NCBI GenBank assembly: GCA_040765985.1
Contig: JAXGRK010000005.1
Coordinates: 1 to 55,499 of the forward strand
Reading direction: 5' to 3'
DNA length: 55,499 nt
From: Candidatus Dojkabacteria bacterium
Lineage (GTDB): Bacteria > Patescibacteriota > Dojkabacteria > SC72
Part shown: one piece after another, positions 41,692 through 53,423 of the stretch
Position numbering within the stretch: position 1 is the stretch's first letter
Layout of the letters: the number at the start of each line of letters is the position of its first letter
Made by a program: the position numbers and the translations under genes
Notes under the pieces: model-generated
Database searches by the model: none
Told to the model about the DNA's origin: nothing
Seen by the model: only the letters and a program-made list of their open reading frames with translations

Positions 41692-44631
41692 CTACCCATA
41701 TTTAGGATAGCAACACTTTTTGTATTTCTTACCACTACCACAAGGACATGGATCATTCCTACCTACTTTCGTACTACTTCTTTTTACAGTAGTCTGTTTC
41801 TCTACTTTACCCGGCCTGTTATCTGTTAAACTCTTTACTTCCTCTTTCTCTGTTCTAACAGGTGCTCTAAGTTGATCCTCTCTTCTTACAACTCTTACTT
41901 TAAAGAATCTGTTTACTGTATTTTGATCTACATTTACTAACATCTGATCAAAAAGTTGAAAACCCTCATTCTTGTACTCTACCAATGGATCTCTTTGAGC
42001 TAAGTTTCGAAGTGATATACCCTCTCTTAGGTCTTGCATATTATCCAAATGCTCCATCCAGTATCTATCAATACTCTGAAGAATTAATACCTTAGATAGC
42101 TCACTCATTGGGAGTGGCCCTATACCATAAATATGTTCTACAAAGGATATGAGGATTAATCTCTTTAACTCTTTAGTTCTCTCTACTACACTCTTTTCAT
42201 CTAAATTCCTAAAGTAATCTATACTACTTTTGAATTTGAATCTTTTAATAGCTTTTTCAAATATCTCCTCTGTAAGTAAGTTTTTAATCTGAACATACAG
42301 ATTTCTCTCCTCAATATTGTCTATCTCCATATCACCATCTAATTGAGATTGAACAAGGAAATCTACATGCTCTAATACTTTTTTAAGTATGAATATATCT
42401 AAGGGAGAGAGCTTAAACTTTAATTCTGTACTTAATTCAATTTCCCAAGTCTCTTTTTTAGTTAATGCAAATCCATCAAATATGTCTTGAAGCTCTTCGA
42501 TATCTAATCCCAAACAGTACTTAATATCTTTCTCTAAATCTAGTTTACTCTCAACATACTCCTGATTAGATATCTCTAGTATCTTTGTTCTAAGGTCATA
42601 TATTATATTTCTTTGTTGATTTAATACATCATCATATTCTACTAATCTTTTACGTATATCATAGTTATGTGATTCTACTCTCTTTTGTGCATTCTCTATT
42701 GTTTTACCAAGTATACCCATAGATATGGGTGTATCATCATCTAACCCCACCTGTGTCATTATGGTTTGCATTCTATCTCCACCAAAGAGTCGCATTAATT
42801 CATCTTCGAAAGATACAAAGAATTTGGATGATCCAGGATCTCCCTGTCTTCCCGATCTACCTCTTAACTGGTTATCAATTCTTCTTGATTCATGTCTCTC
42901 AGAGCCAATGATATACAAACCACCTAACTCTTTAACACCATCTCCTAGTGCAATGTCTGTTCCTCTTCCTGCCATGTTCGTAGCTATAGTTACAGAGCCC
43001 TTCTGACCGGCTCCAGACACTATCTTGGCCTCTCTTTCATGCTGTTTGGCATTTAACACCTCGTGGGTAATACCCTCCTTAGAAAGCATTGTAGAGAGGA
43101 CCTCAGATTTTTCTACAGAGGTAGTACCAACTAGTACAGGTTGTCCCTTCTTATTATGCTCTCTAATATCCTCCACTATTGCTCTAAACTTACCCATTTG
43201 TGTTCTATACACAACATCGTTAAAGTCTTGCCTTACAACGGGCTTGTTCGTAGGAACAACGATAGTGTCGAGATAGTAGATAGATGAGAACTCCTCTGCT
43301 TCTGTTAGTGCAGTACCCGTCATACCTGATAGATATGAGTACAACCTAAAGTAGTTCTGAAGTGTAATTGTTGCCATTGTTCTACTTTCTCTTTTAACCT
43401 CAACACCCTCCTTTGCTTCAATTGCCTGATGTAACCCTTCGCTATACCTTCTTCCAGACATAGCTCTTCCAGTAAACTCATCAATGATGAGTACCTCTCC
43501 ATCTCTTACCATATATTCATCATCTCTTTTGTAAAGCTCTTTAGCCTTAAGTGCGTTATCCAAATGGTATGCTAACTGAGCATCTTCATATACATTCTTA
43601 ACCTTAAGAATCTTCTCCACCTTATCAATTCCTTCATCTGTAAGAGATACTGAATTACTCTTTTCATCTACTGCGTAATCTTTCTCTACACTTAAGGTAT
43701 TTACTAAATTAGCAAACTGTTTATACATCTCATTAGATGCCTGTGCACTAGTGGAGATGATAAGGGGGGTTCTTGCTTCATCAATTAAAATGGAGTCTGC
43801 TTCATCTACGATTGCAAAGTATCTAGGTCCCTGTACCCTATCTTCTAACTTGCTTACCATATTATCTCTAAGGTAGTCAAAACCGTATTCATTGTTAGTT
43901 CCATATATTACATCACACTCGTATGCTTCTTTCTTTGAACATTCAATGAGATTAACCCCACTCATGTGATCATATTTTAGACGTCCTGACAACTTAGCTT
44001 TCTGATCTCTTTCTTTAATTAGCTCCTTTGCCTCATCACCCTTAAGTTTAATAGCTTGCTCATCAGTGATAAATTTGAATTGTGTACCTGAGTTAATAGC
44101 TGCAACATTCATACCCAAACTATTAAGTATATGTCCTGTCCACTCTGCATCTCTTTTAGCAAGGTAATCATTAACTGTAACTAAGTGTGCACCTCTACCT
44201 GTTAATGCGTAAAGATACAAAGGTAGGTTAGCTGCCAATGTTTTTCCCTCACCTGTAAACAACTCCGCTATCTTGTTATCAAACAGTACATATCCAGCCA
44301 TTACCTGTACATCAAAGTGTCTATGGTTAGCAACTCTTTTAGATGCTTCTCTTACTACTGCAAAAGCTTGGGGTAATATCTCTTTTAATTTGTTTTTTTC
44401 ATCTTCCAAAATTTTCTTTAATTCAATGTTGTTGTAGTTATTAAACTCTTTTCTACATGTTTCTAAATCAACACCTAACTCTTTTCTAAACATTAGTGTT
44501 TTATCCCTTAACTCTACATCTGAAAGTTTGCTAATCTCATCTTCTAAAGAGGATATCTCATCTACAACCTTTTGAATTTTGTTTATCTGTTTTTCGTTAG
44601 AGTCAAACAGTCCTTCGAATATATTTTTCAT
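41692..44631 (-). CDS. secA: Preprotein translocase ATPase SecA
   Basis: [60 protein letters not shown] motif [18 protein letters not shown]. Confidence 0.98.
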   Translation of the reverse strand: MKNIFEGLFDSNEKQINKIQKVVDEISSLEDEISKLSDVELRDKTLMFRKELGVDLETCRKEFNNYNNIELKKILEDEKNKLKEILPQAFAVVREASKRVANHRHFDVQVMAGYVLFDNKIAELFTGEGKTLAANLPLYLYALTGRGAHLVTVNDYLAKRDAEWTGHILNSLGMNVAAINSGTQFKFITDEQAIKLKGDEAKELIKERDQKAKLSGRLKYDHMSGVNLIECSKKEAYECDVIYGTNNEYGFDYLRDNMVSKLEDRVQGPRYFAIVDEADSILIDEARTPLIISTSAQASNEMYKQFANLVNTLSVEKDYAVDEKSNSVSLTDEGIDKVEKILKVKNVYEDAQLAYHLDNALKAKELYKRDDEYMVRDGEVLIIDEFTGRAMSGRRYSEGLHQAIEAKEGVEVKRESRTMATITLQNYFRLYSYLSGMTGTALTEAEEFSSIYYLDTIVVPTNKPVVRQDFNDVVYRTQMGKFRAIVEDIREHNKKGQPVLVGTTSVEKSEVLSTMLSKEGITHEVLNAKQHEREAKIVSGAGQKGSVTIATNMAGRGTDIALGDGVKELGGLYIIGSERHESRRIDNQLRGRSGRQGDPGSSKFFVSFEDELMRLFGGDRMQTIMTQVGLDDDTPISMGILGKTIENAQKRVESHNYDIRKRLVEYDDVLNQQRNIIYDLRTKILEISNQEYVESKLDLEKDIKYCLGLDIEELQDIFDGFALTKKETWEIELSTELKFKLSPLDIFILKKVLEHVDFLVQSQLDGDMEIDNIEERNLYVQIKNLLTEEIFEKAIKRFKFKSSIDYFRNLDEKSVVERTKELKRLILISFVEHIYGIGPLPMSELSKVLILQSIDRYWMEHLDNMQDLREGISLRNLAQRDPLVEYKNEGFQLFDQMLVNVDQNTVNRFFKVRVVRREDQLRAPVRTEKEEVKSLTDNRPGKVEKQTTVKRSSTKVGRNDPCPCGSGKKYKKCCYPKYG

Positions 44632-44713
44632 AGCTTCTGATTATATCAATTATTTAATCTAGCACAAACTAAGTTAAGTATTTTTTCATTTCTAATGTCT
44701 ACAATGTATATAT

Positions 44714-46239
44714 ATGATATCACCTCTACTACTGTTTACTCTTTTAACAGTTACTCCTGTATGGACTAGCAAGGAGATATTTACTAGTTGGATGGATAAG
44801 GGGCAGGGATATGAGTACATCTTAGAAATATATACAGATAGGGGTTTAATACCCTCTACCTTTCTAAAGAGCCAACTACAAAGATATATACATATACCAC
44901 CTACTACGATACTAATCTTTACTTCCAAAGAGTAAAATATTACCCAGCTACCTCTCCAGAGAGTTATGAATATATGGATTTGGGACAGTTCTATTTAAAC
45001 CTAGAATACGGTATTTACAGTGAAGATATACCTGATATATTTCCTACAACCCCAACTCCTCCCCAACCCCCTGCGGAACCTCAACCTGAACCCGAAGAGA
45101 ACATCCCTGATCCAGTTATAGAAGAAGATATTCCAGAAGATGTTTTAGATATACCAACAGAGAAGGTATTTACTCTTTCTCAAAACACAGATTACAGAGA
45201 AGATATTTTAAGTAACTCACAAACAGCAGTACTGGGTACAAGTACTCAAAATACAGAAATATGTAATATCTCTTTACTTAGAGACGATGAAATTAAAATT
45301 AAATCATGGGAGTGTCCTTTGGATATACAGATATCTAAAGTTGAATATCTAAATTGGGATGATTACAAGTCATTAGAGATACACGGTACATATCCTAATT
45401 ACATTAATTCAGATATTAAGATATATGGATGTAAAAAGTTTACTCTTTTTGAACCTAAAACATGGTTTGGATGTAAAGAGATTCTAGTAGATACATACAA
45501 AGGTGATATTAAATTAATATATTCTGGGAATATATATATTGATGGGGGTGTGCTAAAGGGTAGTAACTTCGGATTCATGGATACATCTTTTTACTTAGGT
45601 AACAGAGTAAAAGATGATATTTCTAAAAGTAAGGTACAGATATATTTAAATATATATTCCCAATTTAAGAGTAAAGAGTGGATAGATATACAGTATACAA
45701 TTAAAAAAGATGTAACTCTCCCTCAACTAAAAGAAACAGTTGTTAAAAAACCATTCTCATTTCCAATAGATAGGTTAATTGGGGTTACACAGTGGCATGG
45801 ATGTACACAGTATCAGTGTCCTCATAAAGGGATAGATTTTGGTGCTAGTCTAAACAAAGTAATATCAATTGGAGATGGTAGCGTAACTAAGGTTGGGTAT
45901 GATATGTATGGTGGAGAGTGTAATCAGGGTGGTAACTATGTAATTGTTAAACATACCAATGGTATGTACTCTACTTACTTTCATTTAGATTCTTACAGTG
46001 TAAGTGTAGGTACAAAGGTTAGTAAGGGAACATTAATCGGTATATCTGGTAACAGTGGCAAAAAGAACTGTCAGCCATTGAAATATCATTTACATTTTGA
46101 AACTAGAAATGGTTCTAGTTCTTCTACTCATGTTAATCCTGTTGAGTATATTGATGTTGATTGGAATTTAATTCCTACTCTTGGATATATTCAATATCCT
46201 GGTAGACTAACAGGGGATAACCCCCATCCTAATTTTTAG
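44714..46239 (+). CDS. Secreted M23 family peptidase; 5' part joined across one indel near 44860
   Basis: HKGIDF, GNYVIVKH, STYFHL, GISGNSG, HLHFE, VNP. Signal-like MISPLLLFTLL; the main frame is open upstream (EPTTKIYTYTTYYDTN). Confidence 0.85.
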
Positions 46240-46248
46240 TTTTTTAAT

Positions 46249-46833
46249 ATGTTTAAAGAGATTCTTTTTTACATTCTTTCTTTAATATTTTCTAAACAGG
46301 AAGATATATATATTAAAGAGTATATGATTGATACTAAGTATGTTCCTCAATATATATATTGGATAGATGATATTAATGTTTTACTTTCATCATATGGGTA
46401 TACAGAGATTTTTAATACATACAACAGAAAGAGTAATGCCATTGATACATGTAAAAACTGTATTTATGGGTATGACAAGGGGTTTGTATATTGTAAGTAT
46501 GAAAACAGAGATATATCTAGTATGAAAGAGTTTAGTACAACAATTGAGGTATATGATATTAAAAACAATTTAATATTTTCTAAGGATATATTTCCTACAG
46601 TAGCACCAATTGTATGTAAAAGAGATTACATAGTACTTAAGACAAATGATCCTAATCTAGAAGAGAATACATATGTTTTTGATATTAAGAAGGATATTTT
46701 TGAGATATATGAGGAAAGGATTGAGAACAAAGAGTGGTATTCAAAAGATATGAGGAGGAGGGTTGTAATAGATGAGTATTATAGACTATGGTTTTATGAA
46801 AGAAAATCTAATATGAAACATCTATCTTTTTAA
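46249..46833 (+). CDS. Hypothetical, possibly exported protein
   Basis: 194-aa Tyr/Ile-rich ORF directly downstream of the M23 gene. Confidence 0.6.
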   Translation: MFKEILFYILSLIFSKQEDIYIKEYMIDTKYVPQYIYWIDDINVLLSSYGYTEIFNTYNRKSNAIDTCKNCIYGYDKGFVYCKYENRDISSMKEFSTTIEVYDIKNNLIFSKDIFPTVAPIVCKRDYIVLKTNDPNLEENTYVFDIKKDIFEIYEERIENKEWYSKDMRRRVVIDEYYRLWFYERKSNMKHLSF

Positions 46834-49026
46834 TCCAAGTTTTTGGAATCTATCTACCTCATCTGCAGGATCAATCTTTTGACCGTTATACTTAGGTAGT
46901 GTAAATGTAAATGTACTACCCTCTCCGACTTTACTTTTTACATCAACCGTACCACCCATAAGTCTTACTAATCCAAATGTAATGTACAGACCTAGTCCTG
47001 TTCCTCCTGGTCTTACTATCTCTGATTCTAAGTAGTTATCTACTCTATAGAATTTTTCTCCTAGTTTAGATAAATATTCTTGAGGAATCCCCTTCCCTGT
47101 ATCTTTAACACTTACAATAACATTGTTATCTCCTGATGTTGCAGATACTGTAATACTTCCCTTCTCTGTGTATTTAATAGCGTTACCAAGCAAATTATTC
47201 AATACCTCTGCTACTCTAATTCTGTCTGCATATGCGTATGGTAAATTAGGTTGTACATTTTTTGTAAAAGAAATTCCTGCTTTAAGGTCTTTCTCATGTC
47301 CATGCATAGACATCTCTATCTCTTCTTGTATGTTTACTTTCTCATGTTTAATCTCTACTTTATCTCCTTCTAATTTAGCAGATGTAAGTAGGGTATTTAT
47401 TAATCCTATTTCTGTTTCTACTGCATTACTTATTCTTTCTATATATTTTTTAAAGTCTGCAGGATTACTATCTATATATTTTTGTAATAGACCGATATTT
47501 AATTTAACAACAGTAGCAGGAGTTCTTAGTTCATGTCCCATTATATCTATCATATCTGCTTCTTTTCTTCTTGCTTCTTGTAATTCTAATACTTTGATAC
47601 CCAATTCTTTCGTTTTATCCTCTACCTGGCGCTGAAGAGTATCATTAAAAGTTTCGACCTCTTGGTACAGTATTGCTCTTTCAAACAAAACCTTGATTGT
47701 ATTTTTAATTCTACTTAAAAAATACAAGTCTTCAGCAATATACATCTCATCTTTTTCTTTGGGGCCTAATAGCAAAACGGCCATAGAGTCATTTCTTAAA
47801 GAGATTGGAACTATAATATCGACTATCCATTTTTGCATATACTCTATCAAAGATAAAAATCTCTTATATCTCCAAATATTTTGTTCTTCTATACTTGAAA
47901 CCTGTAAATGTTTTAATTCTTGAATTACTACTAATTTTTCTAAATCTTTGTAATAACTTCCATAAGAAATTACATCTAAAATGGGAAAAAGTATATTGTT
48001 TACTTGATCATTGTTGAATGAAAAAACATTATTTCTCTCTTTGTCAAAAAGTAAAATGTTAAAAGATTTTGGATTTAATGCTGTATCCAATAAAGAAGAA
48101 ATCTCTTTACAAATATCTTCCAATCCCAAAACCGTAGACATCCTATTAGAGAAATCGTCTGTTTGATCTTTATCTTTTAATATTCTTTTTTTAAGAAATA
48201 GAATGGACTAAAAAGAAAGCAGAAAGATTAACATAACAACGGCAAGATTTTTTATTGATATCGTAATATTAAATAATAGAATCGTTATAGATCCTATGAA
48301 AAATGATGGCAGAATAGCATAACTACAAAATGATAATATTTTATTGAGTATAGTTTTAAAAGCACCAAATCTTAAAGTAATTACGCTATAACTAATAAAA
48401 CCAATCATAAAGAAACCCATAATAGGCCCAACCCAGATATATTCATAGATTCCAATATATGGAAGAATAATATTTGTTGGCGTCATACCTAACCCAGCTA
48501 TGATGAGTCCAACTACAAGATAAATTGATTGTCTTTTTTCAATCTCTGTAATGTTACCAAGGTTTTTTCCTAATTCATAAATTCTCGATCCAATAATATA
48601 TGCAAACCAGAAGACCCAAAAAATGTATGGATATCCAAACCCAGGTGTTTTTTCATTACTTAAAGATACAACGAAATTATTCGTTAACCACACCTCGTAA
48701 AGAATAATTATTGCTGGGACATAGAGAAGAAATTTTTCATAAAGCCGGCTTTGAGTTTTATAAGGAAATATCTTAGTAAAAAAGAAGGTCAAAATAGCAG
48801 TTAGAATTGAAACTGTATATATTAAATTAAGTGCTATTCTTGCAATATTAATATCTTCAGTTTGAAAAAAGATATAGATACTAATAGCCCAAAAAGGTCC
48901 CGTAACAATAGCCATTAGAAGCAACAACCTACTTTTATTTGAATTGGTATTCCTATTTAGAACAATTATTGGACCAACTAATGTTAGGAAACCCACGAAT
49001 AGGATAAGCAGTTTGATTATATCCAT
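46822..49026 (-). CDS. Multi-TM (7TM-like) sensor histidine kinase with GAF-like domain; one gene with an internal TAG, probably from compensating indels
   Basis: MGHELRTP, NNLLGNAIKYT, DTGKGI, GGTGLGL. ORFs 48208..49026 and 46822..48141 are in the same frame; the shifted frame reads LSFSPFYFLKKRIL. Confidence 0.88.
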
Positions 49027-49049
49027 ATCTTATTTTACCATACTAAACT

Positions 49050-50349
49050 TTAACCTCAATTACATCACAAGGAGACCCAACGATTCTGGGATATGATGAG
49101 ATACTGTCTTTGGGAATTTCATAAATTTCTGAGATTGAATTAACAACTTCATTTACTGGGGATAATATCTCATCTTTTAAGTACTTCGCGTTTTGTTGTT
49201 TTTAATCTTCATTGGCATTAACAAAACAGAAAGTCTTTTTTCAAAAATTAAACGCATAAATTCTATCTGCCTACCAGTTTCAATAGTCAGCTGCTTTTAC
49301 GAATTTTCCCCATCTTTAGAGATTTCGTACTGTGACTTACCATTTTCAATTCGGGATAAATACGATAAAAAGGATTTTTTATCTCCAGTAAGTATTTCTC
49401 CAATCAAGAAAGTCTTGGATAGCTTAACAGTCAACTTGGGGTTTAAAGATGACAGGTATATTCCGGCATCTTTTTGTAAATGATTTTTCGTATCTTTAAG
49501 AACTTTCATGTTTGGTTGAGAAAAATATGAAATACCGTTATCAGATACAACTTCATTGTATAAAATATCCTTATCTATATCCGCCATATACCCCTCAGCA
49601 TCAGCATAAATCAATACAATCCCATCATAATCTTCAGGTATTGTACCAAGATAGCTTGAATCTTTTAATAAAGTACATGGGATATTTTGAGTTTGAAATA
49701 GAAGATATGATACAGACAATGATTCAACAGAGTTATCTATTCCATGAATCTGTACATTTTTTATCCCCTTCTTTTTAATTCTAAATAAATTTTTGATGAT
49801 GTTATACCTGCACCTGAGCACAAATCACATATTTTAATGAGTTCGTTATTAGTAGTTTTCTCTGATATCTTTTGAGCAATCCAGGTAGAGTATTTAGTTG
49901 ATTCTTCAAGAAGAGATTTTGCGAGAATTGATAAAATAGGGCTAGCTTCCCATACTCTGGTTTTATCACCTAATTCAAGACTTTGAGCAACCTTATTTGT
50001 AAAACTGGGAAGTATTTTTTCAATTTCAAAAAACATCCTAGGAGTTAAAACAAAAGCTTTTTCTTCTGGATCCATGGCTAATTGGACTCTCTTATAATCG
50101 TTAAAGTATTCAATATCTTTTTTAACCGGAGATAGTTCTTTCTGTTCGTCTGTTGAAATTAGTGAGTTAGAAGTTATTACGCTTTTTGGGATAGTTCTTT
50201 CAGATATTTTCCCAAATTCGCGTGTTTCCTCAATATCTGGGGTATTTTGTTGAATTTCTTTAGATCCTGTTTCAGAGATACCCGTTTCAGATTTGGCTAT
50301 TCACTTTTTTCGGGTCTTGAATAAGGTAAAACAGAGGAAATTTCCTCAT
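49050..50349 (-). CDS. Putative class I SAM-dependent methyltransferase, fragmented
   Basis: ICDLCSGAG (motif I), IHGIDNS (motif II), YADAEGY, VSDNGISYF. The frame is open upstream of 50075 to ~50300 and coding-like sequence continues to ~49050; both ends approximate. Confidence 0.55.
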
Positions 50350-50507
50350 ATATCTAGTACTTATATCACCTTGTATACCGAACTCTGGTCCTTTTTCCAT
50401 TTTTTCATTAAATGTTTAAATAATATACAATATTACTTGACCCCGTAATAAAAGTAAATCTCAAAATATCAGAGTAAGTATATATATAATCATTCCTATA
50501 CTAAACC

Positions 50508-50942
50508 CTACCTTAATACAATACTAACTAATACTCCAATAAAAGAACCAATACCTGCTCTTAAACTCTGTTTAAAATCTTTTTTAGCAAATATTAATTC
50601 AAAAATAGTTGCACCAACTAAAGAACCTATAAACATACCTGGAATATTCCCAACTAACATACCAATAATTACACCCACTATTGCCCCTATCATACCCCAT
50701 TTACTACCTCCTAATTTCTTAGCACCTAATGCTATTACGATATTATCTATGAATGTAGATAGAATACATAGAATGAAAAGTATAATTAATATTGTTGGAG
50801 TAATAACTACAAACTTACCCATTAAAGCAAGTATAAATACAGAGAGATATACCAACCATACACCTGGTAAAGAAAGTAATGTAAGCACTACGCCTGTTAA
50901 GGCCAATATACTTAATACAATATACATTACTATTTCAAACAT
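50508..50942 (-). CDS. DUF456 family membrane protein
   Basis: LSLPGVWL, GAKKLGGSKWGMIGAIVG, GSLVGATIFEL; 3' end probably frameshifted. Confidence 0.85.
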   Translation of the reverse strand: MFEIVMYIVLSILALTGVVLTLLSLPGVWLVYLSVFILALMGKFVVITPTILIILFILCILSTFIDNIVIALGAKKLGGSKWGMIGAIVGVIIGMLVGNIPGMFIGSLVGATIFELIFAKKDFKQSLRAGIGSFIGVLVSIVLR

Positions 50943-50988
50943 ACTGTATTATACTATTTTTATTAAAAAATAAGGTATACTCATAAAT

Positions 50989-52458
50989 ATGAAAAAAATC
51001 ATATATATACTAATTCCCATAACACTCTTTATTATCTTTATATGCACTTTAAATATTGATAAACAGTATATGTGGAGTGATGAGATATTCTCATTTCATG
51101 CTGCAGAAAGAATATTAGAAACAGGGAAACCAATATATGAATCAGGATTAGATTATGGAAGATCTGGTATATACCACTACCTATTAGCATTCGCCATGAA
51201 GCTCTTTGGTAATAACGAATTAGGAAGTAGGATACTTAATATCCCATTTGTCTTTGGTATATGGGTAGTAATATCCATATTTATATACTCACTACTTAAC
51301 AAATTAAAAAATATTAATCATAGGATACTAATATCCTATACAGGTGGATTACTCTACTTTATTAGTAACTTCTCTATTGCTATGCTTCGGGAAACCCGAA
51401 TGTATTCTATGAGTACATTCTTTTTAATGCTCTCAATATATTTAATATACAAAGCAATAGTGCAACCAAAAAAGTATATCTATATTAAATGGCTTGATAT
51501 TAAAATTGACCTTAGATATGCACTACCTGCAATACCAGTATTGATAGTTGCACTCCAAACCCAACCTATCAATTTAATACTGGGTGTTGGTTTAATTCTA
51601 TTCTTTACACTTGCAAGTGTATTTTACAAAAACAAAAGATACTTACTCATTTCCCTAATCCTTATTATCTTAGCAATACTTCTTGTATATATTGAATTTG
51701 ATACTTTAAATATGTTAGTTGTGTATAACAGCTTGTCACCTGATTGGGCATTAAACTCCTCTCCTTTGTATTACGCCGTTCTTACTGTTAGAAATCTTCC
51801 ATTTGTAGTATTTACAGCTTTACTAGCAGTATACTTTCTTTTTAAAAAGGGAAATATTCATATTCTCTTTCTATCATCGATAATTCTTGGCTTCCTTTCA
51901 TTCCTTTCATTCCAATATGCTCAACATGAAAGATATTGGCAAGCAGTAATACCAATACTCTTTCTAATATCTGTGTATTCAATCTATCTTTTATTAAAAA
52001 ACATTAATACCAAAAAATTAAAATATGTATTAACTTCAGTAGTATTACTCTTTGTTGGATTTCATATATATCTATCAATAAAGGAGGTAAAAGAGATTGA
52101 TACATATACTCCACACTCCCTTTCAATTCATAAAAAGTTGGAATTTGAAAAAACATATCAATATTTAAATATAAATGATACTGATAACACACTTGTTATT
52201 GGAGATTTCCACTCTGTATACACGCTATATGAAAAAGGAGTAAATATAGATTATCTATTACTTACAGATACAGATGTTAATTGGGATTGGGGATATCAAG
52301 ATCTTTACTTTAAGATACCCCTAATCAATATAACTGCATTACATTTACTTTCTCAAACCTCTGACGGATATCTTGTTGTAAGGGATAGTAATAGATTTGA
52401 GAAGGTTCCTTTTGAAAAAATAGAGGGATTTAATAGACCAGTAATATACCAATTTTAG
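50989..52458 (+). CDS. GT-C fold membrane glycosyltransferase (PMT/ArnT-like)
   Basis: MWSDEIF loop, RETRMYS, ERYW; about 11 TM helices. Confidence 0.8.
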   Translation: MKKIIYILIPITLFIIFICTLNIDKQYMWSDEIFSFHAAERILETGKPIYESGLDYGRSGIYHYLLAFAMKLFGNNELGSRILNIPFVFGIWVVISIFIYSLLNKLKNINHRILISYTGGLLYFISNFSIAMLRETRMYSMSTFFLMLSIYLIYKAIVQPKKYIYIKWLDIKIDLRYALPAIPVLIVALQTQPINLILGVGLILFFTLASVFYKNKRYLLISLILIILAILLVYIEFDTLNMLVVYNSLSPDWALNSSPLYYAVLTVRNLPFVVFTALLAVYFLFKKGNIHILFLSSIILGFLSFLSFQYAQHERYWQAVIPILFLISVYSIYLLLKNINTKKLKYVLTSVVLLFVGFHIYLSIKEVKEIDTYTPHSLSIHKKLEFEKTYQYLNINDTDNTLVIGDFHSVYTLYEKGVNIDYLLLTDTDVNWDWGYQDLYFKIPLINITALHLLSQTSDGYLVVRDSNRFEKVPFEKIEGFNRPVIYQF

Positions 52459-53423
52459 ACATTAAATATATTCCTAAGATATCTTTTAAATCTTTTTGCT
52501 AAGGAAACAAAATTCCCTCCTAAGCATGAATCAATTAAATAGATAAATCTTTTAACATTAAGACCGTAGGTTTTCACTATATCAAGAATTTCTTTTCTTG
52601 CTTTTTTGTAATCTCCCTGTGTATATGATTTCAAAAAATATAGAGTATCAAGTTCATCTTTGGGAAATATTTCATACATATATTCTCTGTTAACTTCATT
52701 ATATGAATCTTTTCCTGTTTTAAGATACTGTTTAGCTAGTTTTTGCATTGTGTGAGAAAACACTATCTGATCAATCAAGTAATCACCATACTCAATATCT
52801 CTCTTTGTACTGTAACCAACTAAGATATTAGGAAGAACATGAATCTTTTTTTTATGAGCAACAATTTGTAGGTATAGATCGTAATCCTGTGCTCTCGGGA
52901 ATTTATCTCTATAGAAGAACACTTTTTCATTTCTAAACATTACAGAGGAATGAACAAGAACATTTTTTTCTAAAAGAAGTTGGGTTACATCCACTGGATC
53001 TTTTTTCCCCCAAGATATCCCTATTCTTTTTCCGCTTTCTTCTAATACATTTGCTCTACTACCAACTAAATATACATTTAGGTTGTTTTCTAAATACTCT
53101 AACTCTCTTTCAATTCTATGAGGGTATGAGATATCATCTGCATCATTTATAGCTACATATTTCCCTTTACTATTTTCTAATGCAATATTTCTACTTAAAC
53201 ATTTACCCAAGTTTTTCTTGTTTGTAATAACCTTAATTCTTTGATCTTTCCTCTTATATTCCTCTAATATATTCCCTGTCTTATCCTTAGATCCATCATT
53301 GACAACAACGATTTCAATATTTGAATATGTTTGAACAAGAAGAGAATCTAATACCTTTGGTAATGTTTTGGCACCATCTTTAACAGCTAATATTACAGAT
53401 ACTAATGGTCTACTTGGTTTCAT
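52455..53423 (-). CDS. Glycosyltransferase family 2
   Basis: VSVIL, EIVVVNDGSKD, SRNIAL, NDADDISYPHRIE, QDYDL. Confidence 0.93.
   Translation of the reverse strand: MKPSRPLVSVILAVKDGAKTLPKVLDSLLVQTYSNIEIVVVNDGSKDKTGNILEEYKRKDQRIKVITNKKNLGKCLSRNIALENSKGKYVAINDADDISYPHRIERELEYLENNLNVYLVGSRANVLEESGKRIGISWGKKDPVDVTQLLLEKNVLVHSSVMFRNEKVFFYRDKFPRAQDYDLYLQIVAHKKKIHVLPNILVGYSTKRDIEYGDYLIDQIVFSHTMQKLAKQYLKTGKDSYNEVNREYMYEIFPKDELDTLYFLKSYTQGDYKKARKEILDIVKTYGLNVKRFIYLIDSCLGGNFVSLAKRFKRYLRNIFNV

Noticed and set aside
19416-44631. Genome-wide TGA=Gly/Trp recoding (code 25 or 4)
   Set aside because: Kilobases of Gly/Trp-rich coding sequence (Kelch protein, SecA, MetK) have no in-frame TGA. The TGAs in the Kelch gene and trpS are better explained by compensating indels.
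48150-48215. TAG read-through or pyrrolysine in the histidine kinase
   Set aside because: An extra T in a T run plus a missing A in an A run 20 nt later gives a sensible sequence (SFSPFYFLKKR). TAG is also a frequent true stop here, and no pyl genes are visible.
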